NCBI GenBank assembly: GCA_964202905.1
Contig: CAXNJO010000009.1
Coordinates: forward strand, 152,968-216,967
Length of the DNA stretch: 64,000 nt
Reading direction: 5' to 3'
Source: Polyangiales bacterium
Lineage (GTDB): Bacteria; Myxococcota_A; Polyangia; Polyangiales; JADJQN01
Positions 9,574 through 17,426 of this stretch are shown here, one piece after another. Every line of letters starts with the position of its first letter. Position 1 is the first letter of the stretch. The notes beneath the pieces were generated by a model. The model saw nothing but the letters and a program-made list of their open reading frames with translations, searched no databases and was not told the origin of the DNA. A program made the position numbers and the translations under genes.

Positions 9574-10824
9574 TCAGCCTTCGGCGGGCGGCGGCGGGGG
9601 CGCCGGGGCGGGCGCGTCGACGTGGACCTCCGACACGGCCGCGGGCGGCGCCGCGGCGGCCGGCACCTCGCGCTCGGGTGCGGCGGCCTCCGGCGGGGCG
9701 TTCTCCGCAGCGGGTGGCGAGGCGGCGGGCGGCGAGGCGGCGTAGAACGGCGACCGCCGGTAGGCGCGGAGCGCACGCACGACGAAGATCTTGAGCACCG
9801 CGGCCGCGGGCAGCGCGAGCAGCACCCCGAGGAACCCGAACAACTCGGCCCCGACGAGCAGCGCGAGCAACACCCAGAGCGGCGAGAGCCCGACCTTCTC
9901 GCCGATGACGCGCGGCGTGATGACGAGCCCCTCGAAGAGTTGGATCACGACGTAGGCCGCGAGCACACCGATGACGCGCTCCCAGCCGTCGAAGTCGACG
10001 AGCGAGAGCAGGAGCGCCGAGGCCAGCGCCGTCACACTGCCGACGTAGGGGATGAAGGCGAGCGCGCCCGCGACGAAGCCGATCGGCACGGCGAGCCGCA
10101 CCCCGAGCGCGCTGTACGCGCCCGCGTAGAGCGCACCGAGCAACGCCATGACGATGAGCTGCCCGCGGACGAAGTGCGCGAGGGTCTGGTCGATCTCGCG
10201 GGCGACCTCGACCGCGGCGTCACGCCAGCGCGTGGGAACCAGCGCCGCCGCGCCCCCCGTGATCCGATGGAAGTCGAAGAGCAGGTAGAACGACACCACG
10301 GGCACGACGAAGAGCGTTCCGAGCGCACCGACGAGCGACGACGTGCCGCCGACGACCCAGCGCAGCACCGCGCCCGCGGGCGCGACCGCGCGCTGCGCGA
10401 GGTCCGGCGCATCGACCTGGTATTGCGTGAGCGCCTCGCCGACCGAGTGCGGCACGCGCACGCCGTAGCGCGCGAGCCACGGCTCCGCGCGGGCGAGCAG
10501 CGCGGCTGCGTGGCGCGGCAGCTCGTGCACGAAGCCCGCGAGGTCGCGCAGCACGCCCGGCAGCACGAGCACGATCACGAGCCCGAGCGCGCCGAGCAGC
10601 ACGGCGAGCAGAAGCAGGATCGCGAGCGCACGCGGGATGCGGCGCGCCTCGAGCCGATCGACGAGCGGGTTGAGGAGATACGCGATGAGGAACGCCGCGA
10701 AGACGGGCGTGAGTACGCCGCGCAGCGCGTGGAGCAGCCCGCCGAGCGCGGCGAGCGCGAGCGCAGCGACGATCCAGCGGGGCGGGAGCCAGCTCGAGCG
10801 GTCGGACGGCACAGCGGCACACAT
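9574..10824 (-). CDS. AI-2E family (PerM/UPF0118) transporter
   Basis: C-terminal part of the long minus-strand ORF: AYLLNPLVD, FVRGQ, FIPYVG, EGLVITPRVIG, GFLGVLLALP; start approximate (10812 or 10824). Confidence 0.9.
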   Translation of the reverse strand: MCAAVPSDRSSWLPPRWIVAALALAALGGLLHALRGVLTPVFAAFLIAYLLNPLVDRLEARRIPRALAILLLLAVLLGALGLVIVLVLPGVLRDLAGFVHELPRHAAALLARAEPWLARYGVRVPHSVGEALTQYQVDAPDLAQRAVAPAGAVLRWVVGGTSSLVGALGTLFVVPVVSFYLLFDFHRITGGAAALVPTRWRDAAVEVAREIDQTLAHFVRGQLIVMALLGALYAGAYSALGVRLAVPIGFVAGALAFIPYVGSVTALASALLLSLVDFDGWERVIGVLAAYVVIQLFEGLVITPRVIGEKVGLSPLWVLLALLVGAELFGFLGVLLALPAAAVLKIFVVRALRAYRRSPFYAASPPAASPPAAENAPPEAAAPEREVPAAAAPPAAVSEVHVDAPAPAPPPPPAEG

Positions 10825-10851
10825 ACCACGCGGCTCGGTTATGCTGCCGCG

Positions 10852-12471
10852 ATGGCTCGCCTCGACATGTACGTCCAGCACCTCGTGAAGCACCGCGCAT
10901 CGAGCCTCCTGCTCACGAGCGGCAAGCCCGTGACCTTCCGCTTCCCGACGGGCGACCGTCACTCGAACAGCGTGGTGGACCACGGCGACATCGCGCGACT
11001 CGTCGAGGAGGTCGGCCCGCGCGACGCGCTCGCGGCGCTCATGCGCACCGGCCGCACTGATTTTCCCTACAAGACCCCCGAGGGGCTCGAGGTCCGCGTC
11101 GACGTCGAAGCCGTCGCCGCAGGCAACTGGACCGTCGTGATCGCGGCCCCGACCGACGCGGCCACCAGCGCGGCCTCCGCGACGCGCCCGACGGGCGGCA
11201 CGGGCGCGGCCACGGCGCCGGGGTCGAACGGCGGTTCCGGAGCGGGCACCGGGACGGGCGCGGGCGCTGTGCCGCCTGGCGCGGGCGCGGAGCCCGCAGC
11301 GACGGCGACGGCTGCGAAGGTGGCGGTCGCGAAGGAGCCGGAGCGCCCCGCGCCCGAGATCCAAATGAGCCCCGGTGAGCCCGCGCTCCACCGCTACCTC
11401 CGCCTGATGGTGCGCGCCGGCGCGAGCGACCTGCACCTCTCGTCGGACCGCGTGGCGATGGTGCGGCTGAACGGCGAGATCCAGCCGCTCGAGTCCGGCA
11501 CGCCCCCCCTCAGCGACGCGCAGCTGCGCGAGCTCCTCATGCCCATCGCGACACCGAAGGCCGCCGCAGAGTTCAAGGCGAGCAACGACACCGACTTCGC
11601 GCACACGATCCCGGGCGTCGCGCGGTTCCGCTGCAACTACTTCATGGATCTGAAGGGCATCGGGGCCGCGTTCCGTCAGATCCCCTTCAAGATCCTCTCT
11701 CCCGAGGTCCTCGGCATCCCGAAGCAGGTGCTCGACCTCTGCTGGCTCACCAAGGGGTTGGTGCTCGTCACGGGGCCCACGGGCTCGGGCAAGTCGACGA
11801 CGCTCGCGACGCTCATCGATCACGTCAACGCGCACCGCTCCGACCACATCATCACGATCGAAGACCCCATCGAGTTCGTCCACGAACCGAAGAAGTGCCT
11901 CATCAACCAGCGCGAGGTCGGCACGCACACGGGCGGCTTCAAGAACGCGCTCCGCGCCGCGCTCCGCGAGGATCCGGACATCGTGCTCGTCGGCGAGATG
12001 CGCGATCTCGAGACGATCGCGATCGCGATCGAGACGGCGGAGACGGGCCACCTCGTGTTCGGGACGCTCCACACGTCGTCGGCCATCGGCACCATCGACC
12101 GCATCATCGATCAGTTCCCGGCCGACCGACAGGACCAGATCCGCACGATGTTGAGCGGGTCGCTGAAGGGCGTGATCTCGCAAGTCCTTTGCAAGAAGAA
12201 GGGGGGCGGCCGCGTCGCGGCGTACGAGGTGCTGCTCGGCAACTCGGCCGTCTCGAACCTCATCCGGGAGGGCAAGACCTTCCAGCTCGTCAGCACCATG
12301 CAGACAGGCAAGGCGCAGGGCATGCAGACGCTCGCCGAGCACCTCGTCGACCTCGTGAAGAGCGGTCGCGTCGAGCCGCGCGAGGCCTACATGAAGGCGA
12401 CCGACAAGATCGCGTTCAACGAGCTGCTCGCGAAGAACAACATCAAGTTCGACCTGAACGCGACGGAGTGA
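10852..12471 (+). CDS. pilT: Type IV pilus retraction ATPase PilT-family protein with an N-terminal extension
   Basis: GASDLHL; GPTGSGKSTT; TIEDPIE; QREVG; ALRAALREDPDIVLVGEMRD; TGHLVFGTLHT; NLIRE; GMQT. Confidence 0.93.
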   Translation: MARLDMYVQHLVKHRASSLLLTSGKPVTFRFPTGDRHSNSVVDHGDIARLVEEVGPRDALAALMRTGRTDFPYKTPEGLEVRVDVEAVAAGNWTVVIAAPTDAATSAASATRPTGGTGAATAPGSNGGSGAGTGTGAGAVPPGAGAEPAATATAAKVAVAKEPERPAPEIQMSPGEPALHRYLRLMVRAGASDLHLSSDRVAMVRLNGEIQPLESGTPPLSDAQLRELLMPIATPKAAAEFKASNDTDFAHTIPGVARFRCNYFMDLKGIGAAFRQIPFKILSPEVLGIPKQVLDLCWLTKGLVLVTGPTGSGKSTTLATLIDHVNAHRSDHIITIEDPIEFVHEPKKCLINQREVGTHTGGFKNALRAALREDPDIVLVGEMRDLETIAIAIETAETGHLVFGTLHTSSAIGTIDRIIDQFPADRQDQIRTMLSGSLKGVISQVLCKKKGGGRVAAYEVLLGNSAVSNLIREGKTFQLVSTMQTGKAQGMQTLAEHLVDLVKSGRVEPREAYMKATDKIAFNELLAKNNIKFDLNATE

Positions 12472-12534
12472 GCGCGACGCGCGGTTTTGTTCAGCCGCGG
12501 CGCACGCGGCAACCTTCCACGAGCGCGGCCCCGC

Positions 12535-13446
12535 TCAGCCGCGGCGCGCGAAGCAATCGTCGACGAGGCCGAGCGCCACGCGCACCGAGGCGCTGCCCTC
12601 GACGAAGCGTCGCGTGACCGGGTCGTGGTAGCCGCTCGCGGCGGGCAGACCGGGCGTGCGCGCGCGGTAGAAGCGCACCACGCGCTCCATCGTGACCTCG
12701 CGGACGTACTTGCCGACCATCGACGCGAGCGCGACCGGGAGGTGCGCGTCGTCCGCGTCGACGAGGAAGCGCACCGCGCCGACGCCGGGCACCTCCCACG
12801 CCGACACACCGGGCTCGCGTGGGCCGGGCCGTGCGAGGAGAAAGTGCCGGAAGTAGGCGTCGTACTTGCGGATTCCGCCGATCATCCCGCAGAGCGCGAT
12901 CACGTCCTCGCCCGCTGTCGCGCGCGCATCGAGCACGAGGCGCTCGAAGGCCGCGAGGTTCACCGCGAGTTTGTTCACGCCGCGATCGAGCTGCGCGTTG
13001 AGCACGCCCGCGCACGCGACGGCGGTGCGGGCGCGCACCGGCACGGCCCCGGCGCGCGCGAGACCCGCGAGCAGCGCGTGGCCCTCGGCCGCGCTGCCGC
13101 CGTACGTCGGCAGTGGCAGCGCCTCGCCCCAGCACTGCGCGCGCGTGCCCTCCGGACATGGCGCATGCAGCGGCACGAGGCCGCCCTCACCGAGCGCCTC
13201 GAGGAGCGCGTCGGCGTCGGCGACCGGTCGCCCGGAGAGCGTCTCGGCGAGCGCGAGCGCGACGGACTCGCAGCGCGCCATGCGCCCGAAGCCGCCGCTC
13301 TTCTTGCTGTCCGTGAGGCCCGCGCGGAGGCCGAGCGCGCGCAGCGTCCCGGCGTCGTAGGCCGGCACCTCGAGCGTGACCGCGGTGGAGACGAGCGCGC
13401 CGAGCAGGGGGCCGAGCCCGTTCTCGTCGACCCCGACGACGAACAT
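12535..13446 (-). CDS. Ribonuclease HII-like protein
   Basis: GVDENGLGPLLG; TDSKK; ALASMVGKYVRE; SGY. Confidence 0.8.
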   Translation of the reverse strand: MFVVGVDENGLGPLLGALVSTAVTLEVPAYDAGTLRALGLRAGLTDSKKSGGFGRMARCESVALALAETLSGRPVADADALLEALGEGGLVPLHAPCPEGTRAQCWGEALPLPTYGGSAAEGHALLAGLARAGAVPVRARTAVACAGVLNAQLDRGVNKLAVNLAAFERLVLDARATAGEDVIALCGMIGGIRKYDAYFRHFLLARPGPREPGVSAWEVPGVGAVRFLVDADDAHLPVALASMVGKYVREVTMERVVRFYRARTPGLPAASGYHDPVTRRFVEGSASVRVALGLVDDCFARRG

Positions 13447-13532
13447 ACGGCCGTCGTACACGAAGCCCGCCGCGCCGACCAGCCCGCGTACGGCGCGATG
13501 CCCGCATGCACGCGCGTGCTATCTCGCCGCCC

Positions 13533-14474
13533 GTGACCACCGCGCCCGGAACGCCCGCGTTCGCCGACGTCGACGACACCCTCGCCCGCCTCGCAGCCGC
13601 GGGCTACGTCGGCGACCGCGAGATCGCCGTCGCCACCTTCCTCGCCGCGCAGCTCGGCAAGCCGCTGTTGCTCGAGGGACCGGCCGGCGTCGGCAAGACG
13701 GAGCTCGCGAAGGCCGTCGCCGCCGCGACCGGGCGCGAGCTCGTCCGGCTCCAGTGCTACGAGGGACTCGACGAGTCGAAGGCGCTCTACGAGTGGGAGT
13801 ACGGCAAGCAGTTGCTCTACACGCAGCTCGTGCGCGACGTGCTCGGCGGGCTCGTCGCGGGCGCGGGCAGCGTGAAGGCCGCGGTCGAGCGCGTCGCGGC
13901 CGAGGAGGCGGCGTTCTTCCACGAGCGATTCCTGCTCGCGCGACCGCTCCTCCACGCGCTCCGCAGCGAGGCGCCCGTGGTGCTGCTCATCGACGAGGTC
14001 GATCGCAGCGACCCCGAGTTCGAGGCGCTCCTCCTCGAGGTGCTGAGCGACTTCCAGGTCACCGTGCCGGAGCTCGGCACCTTCCGCGCGCGGCACGTTC
14101 CCTTCGTCGTGCTCACGAGCAACGCGACGCGCGAGCTCACCGAAGCGCTGCGCCGCCGCTGCCTGCACCTCTTCGTCGACTACCCGTCGACGCAGCGCGA
14201 GCTCGCGATCGTGCGGCAGCGCGTGCCGGAGGCGGGTGAGGTGTTGAGCCGGCAGGTCGTCGCCGTCGTGCAGGCGCTGCGCACGCTCGATCTGCGCAAG
14301 TCGCCGAGCGTCAGCGAGACGCTCGACTGGACGCGCGCGCTCGTGCTGCTCGGCGCGCAGGGCCTCGACGCGGGGCTCGTGCGCGAGACGCTCGCGACGC
14401 TCGTCAAGCACCGGGAAGACGCCGCGCGCGCGCTCGACAAGGCCGGGCAGGTGCTGCGCGCGGGCGCGGGCTGA
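13533..14474 (+). CDS. MoxR-family (CoxD-like) AAA+ ATPase
   Basis: LEGPAGVGKTEL; RLQCYEGLDESKALYEW; LLIDEVDR; TSNATREL.EALRRRC; start 13506 or 13533. Confidence 0.92.
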   Translation: MTTAPGTPAFADVDDTLARLAAAGYVGDREIAVATFLAAQLGKPLLLEGPAGVGKTELAKAVAAATGRELVRLQCYEGLDESKALYEWEYGKQLLYTQLVRDVLGGLVAGAGSVKAAVERVAAEEAAFFHERFLLARPLLHALRSEAPVVLLIDEVDRSDPEFEALLLEVLSDFQVTVPELGTFRARHVPFVVLTSNATRELTEALRRRCLHLFVDYPSTQRELAIVRQRVPEAGEVLSRQVVAVVQALRTLDLRKSPSVSETLDWTRALVLLGAQGLDAGLVRETLATLVKHREDAARALDKAGQVLRAGAG

Positions 14475-14493
14475 GGCGCCGCTCTCCGCGCGT

Positions 14494-15384
14494 TCACTGC
14501 GCGGCGAGCAGCGGGCCCCCGGGCGCGTCGTCGAGCAGCGCGTGCAGCAGCGCGGCGTCGTCGAGCGCGTCGCCGCCCGGCGCGTCGGGCTTCTCGTGAT
14601 CGCCGCGCAGCCACGGCCACACGGGGCCGTTGTCGTCGCAGCCATGCGCCCGCTCCCGCGCGGTGCAGGCGAGGCGGACGTGAAAATGGTCGTCGTGCGG
14701 CCGCCCGTCGGTGGGCTGCTGCAGCACGTACGCCGCGCGCACGAGGAGCCGCGCGTCACGCTCGTGCGCGAGCGCGTGCGCGAGGATCTGCGCCTTCACC
14801 CCCGCCGAGCAGAAGATCCACTGTACGGGCGCGTCGTCGTCCGCGAGCAGCGCGCGGAAGAACCCCCAGGTGCGCGCGACGTCGAGGTAGCGCAGCCGCG
14901 GACGCTCGGACGAACGCGTGGGGGCGTCCCCATCGACCGGCCGCGCGTCGCGCGCGACCCCGAAGCGATCGAAGGCGTAGAAGCCCGCGCCATCCGTCGG
15001 GCGTCCGTCCTCGTCGAGCGCGTAATACAAGATGTCGGCGTCACGTCCGCTGCGGTGGCTGCGGTGTCGACCGTGTCGCCCGCCCCCCGGCGCGGAGAGA
15101 TCCCCGATGCGCACGGGCACCGTCCCCGCGTGCGTCGCGGCGACCCCGGCCGCCGCACGCGTGATCGCGACGACGAGCGCGGGGGTGCCGTAGCGCGTCT
15201 CCTCGCCAGGCCGCGCCCGCACGAAGCCAGGCCCGCGGTCCGGGAGCGAAGCCCCGACATGGAGGATGCGCCCCGCCGACGGCGTGCCCCACGTCCCTGC
15301 CCCCGCGGACGCGAGCGCGTCGCCGAAGCAGCCCGCGAGGGCGACCGCCGCGACGAGCGGCAGGACGATGGGCGCGGGCCGCAC
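14494..15384 (-). CDS. Penicillin-insensitive murein endopeptidase (MepA-like, M74) lipoprotein
   Basis: Lipobox ALAGC; IGDLSAPGGG..H.SH.SGRDAD; HDDHFHVR. Confidence 0.85.
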   Translation of the reverse strand: MRPAPIVLPLVAAVALAGCFGDALASAGAGTWGTPSAGRILHVGASLPDRGPGFVRARPGEETRYGTPALVVAITRAAAGVAATHAGTVPVRIGDLSAPGGGRHGRHRSHRSGRDADILYYALDEDGRPTDGAGFYAFDRFGVARDARPVDGDAPTRSSERPRLRYLDVARTWGFFRALLADDDAPVQWIFCSAGVKAQILAHALAHERDARLLVRAAYVLQQPTDGRPHDDHFHVRLACTARERAHGCDDNGPVWPWLRGDHEKPDAPGGDALDDAALLHALLDDAPGGPLLAAQ

Positions 15385-15462
15385 GCGAACGGGTGTAGCG
15401 AAGGCCGACAAATCCCGCCAGAAACGGGGTTCGCACACGGACCGCGGGCAGACGCCCCCCGC

Positions 15463-15490
15463 TTGACGAAGGGCCGCACGGCCGTAACTT
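15463..15490 (+). promoter_or_regulatory. Putative sigma70 promoter for the TPR gene
   Basis: TTGACG-N16-TAACTT upstream of 15536. Confidence 0.45.
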
Positions 15491-15535
15491 CGCCTCCCGC
15501 CGCGCGCGTGCGCGGCCGCCCTGCAGGAGCCCACG

Positions 15536-16603
15536 ATGACCAGCGACAGAGGACCGATGGGAGAGCTCGCCGCGCACCTGGACCGCGGCTGGGACCTCGT
15601 GTCGCGCGGCGACTTCGCGGGCGCGCTGCTCTCCGCGGAGAAGACGGTCGAGATCGACGCGCAGTCGCCCGAGGCCCACAACCTGTTGGGCTTCGTGCTC
15701 GCCGCCGAGGGGCGCGCCGAGGAGGCGGTCGAGCACTACCGGCAGGCCGTCGAGCTCGACGAGACCTTCGTCGAGGCGATGCTCAACGCGGCCGAGGTGC
15801 TCATCCACCCGCTCCACGACTACGAAGCCGCCCTCGGCTTCATCGAGGATGCGCTCGACCTCTCCGAGGGCGACGACGAGGTCGCGGACGCGATGCTGTT
15901 GAAGTTCGACGCGCATCTGCACGCCGGCGATCGCGAGGCCGCCAAGCGCGTCGTCGCGGCGCTCCCTGGGGGGCCGTTCGAGAACCCGAGCCTCGATTTC
16001 CTCATCGGTCGCGCGCATTTCGAAGCGGGCGACGCCGCGCGCGCGGAGCCCCACATCCGCGCGGCCCTCGCCCGCGACGTCGGGCACGCCGAGGCGCACT
16101 ACTACCTCGGCATGATCCTCGAGGCGAAGGGCGACGCGCGCGGCGCGACGGTGGCGTTCCTGCAATCGCGCGAGCTCGACGCCGCCGAGGGGGGCGAGCC
16201 CTGGTCGCTGCCCGCGGAGGTCTTCGAGCAGCGCGCGCAGGCCGCGGTCGACGCGCTCGACGCCGTGCACCGCGAGGTCCTCGAGGGCGCGCTCATCGTC
16301 GTCGCCGACGTGCCCGGCATCGAGGTCATCGCGGACGGCATCGACCCGCGCGTCGGTGTGATGCTCGACGGGCTCGCCGCGGAGCGCGAGACGCCGCGCG
16401 CCGCGCGGATGTTCGTCTACCAGCGCAACATCGAGCGCGCAGCGGGCAGCGAAGACAACCTCGACGACGAGCTGACGCACGCGATCGAGGCCGAGATCCA
16501 CGCCGCGTTTCCGTCCCTCGCACCCGCGGGCGACGCCGTCCCCGAGGCGCCGCACGGCGCGGCCCGCCGGCGCAGCGCGCCCGACGACGACGACCTCCAC
16601 TGA
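15536..16603 (+). CDS. TPR protein with a C-terminal degenerate zincin-like domain
   Basis: Several TPR helix pairs (EAHNLLG, EAMLNAA, EAHYYLG); ADVP..DPRVG..MFVYQRNIER; start 15536 or 15557. Confidence 0.8.
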   Translation: MTSDRGPMGELAAHLDRGWDLVSRGDFAGALLSAEKTVEIDAQSPEAHNLLGFVLAAEGRAEEAVEHYRQAVELDETFVEAMLNAAEVLIHPLHDYEAALGFIEDALDLSEGDDEVADAMLLKFDAHLHAGDREAAKRVVAALPGGPFENPSLDFLIGRAHFEAGDAARAEPHIRAALARDVGHAEAHYYLGMILEAKGDARGATVAFLQSRELDAAEGGEPWSLPAEVFEQRAQAAVDALDAVHREVLEGALIVVADVPGIEVIADGIDPRVGVMLDGLAAERETPRAARMFVYQRNIERAAGSEDNLDDELTHAIEAEIHAAFPSLAPAGDAVPEAPHGAARRRSAPDDDDLH

Positions 16604-16634
16604 CGCAGGCAGGACGCGGTCGCCCGCGCCGCCG

Positions 16635-17426
16635 TCACGCAGGCACGGGCTGAGCCTCGGACTCAGGCTCGGGCTGCAGCGCGGCCGGATCGCCGCCGAG
16701 CGCCGCCCACACCCCAGCGAGATCCGCCGGGGGCGCGGCGCGCACGACGCGGCGCGCGCCTGCGTGTCCACCCACCTGCGGAAGCACCAACAACGCGCAG
16801 TGCAGCAGCACGCGCCGCGCCGCGACGACGCGCCCGTCGGGCGCCGTGACCCGCGCGGCGCCGCCGTACGCGACGTCGCCGAGCAGCGGTGAACCCGCTG
16901 CGGCGCAGTGCACGCGCAGCTGGTGCGTGCGTCCGGTGCGCGGGCGCAGGTGCAGCGCGGCACCGAGCGGCCGCTCGGCCGCGGTCGCGTAGGTCGTCCA
17001 GGCCTCGCGGACGTCGGTCGCGTCGGCGCGGGGCGAGCCGGCCACCGTGCGGAGCCGTTTGTCGCGCTGATCGTGGGCGATCGCCCAGCGCCATTCGCCT
17101 GCGGGCGGCGACGGCGCGCGCGCGGCGAGCGCGAGGTAGCAGCGCTCGTAGGTCCCTGCCCGTCGCGCCGCGAGCAGCGCCTCGATCGCGCGCGTCGTCC
17201 GCGCGAACGTCACGAGCCCCGTGACCTCCGCGTCGAGGCGCGAGCTCGCGTGCAGGCGCGGTGCGCCCGGGTCGAGCGCGCGGACGCGCTCCACGAGGCA
17301 ACCACGACCATCTGGAGAGGTGGTAGGTATTCCCGGCGGTTTGACGACCACGAGGAGATCGTCGTCGCGATACGCCACCCCGAGCGGCGTCTCCCCCGGT
17401 CCGTTGCCCGAGACCACGCGGCTCAC
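16635..17426 (-). CDS. RluA-family RNA pseudouridine synthase
   Basis: VVVKPPG; SRLDAEVTG with catalytic Asp; TGRTHQLRVH; GDVAYG; LH. Confidence 0.9.
   Translation of the reverse strand: MSRVVSGNGPGETPLGVAYRDDDLLVVVKPPGIPTTSPDGRGCLVERVRALDPGAPRLHASSRLDAEVTGLVTFARTTRAIEALLAARRAGTYERCYLALAARAPSPPAGEWRWAIAHDQRDKRLRTVAGSPRADATDVREAWTTYATAAERPLGAALHLRPRTGRTHQLRVHCAAAGSPLLGDVAYGGAARVTAPDGRVVAARRVLLHCALLVLPQVGGHAGARRVVRAAPPADLAGVWAALGGDPAALQPEPESEAQPVPA

Noticed and set aside
9463..12471. 1002-aa PilT fusion and 922-aa AI-2E fusion as given in the ORF track
   Set aside because: Each extension is the antisense of the divergent neighbour; real starts are about 10852 and about 10824
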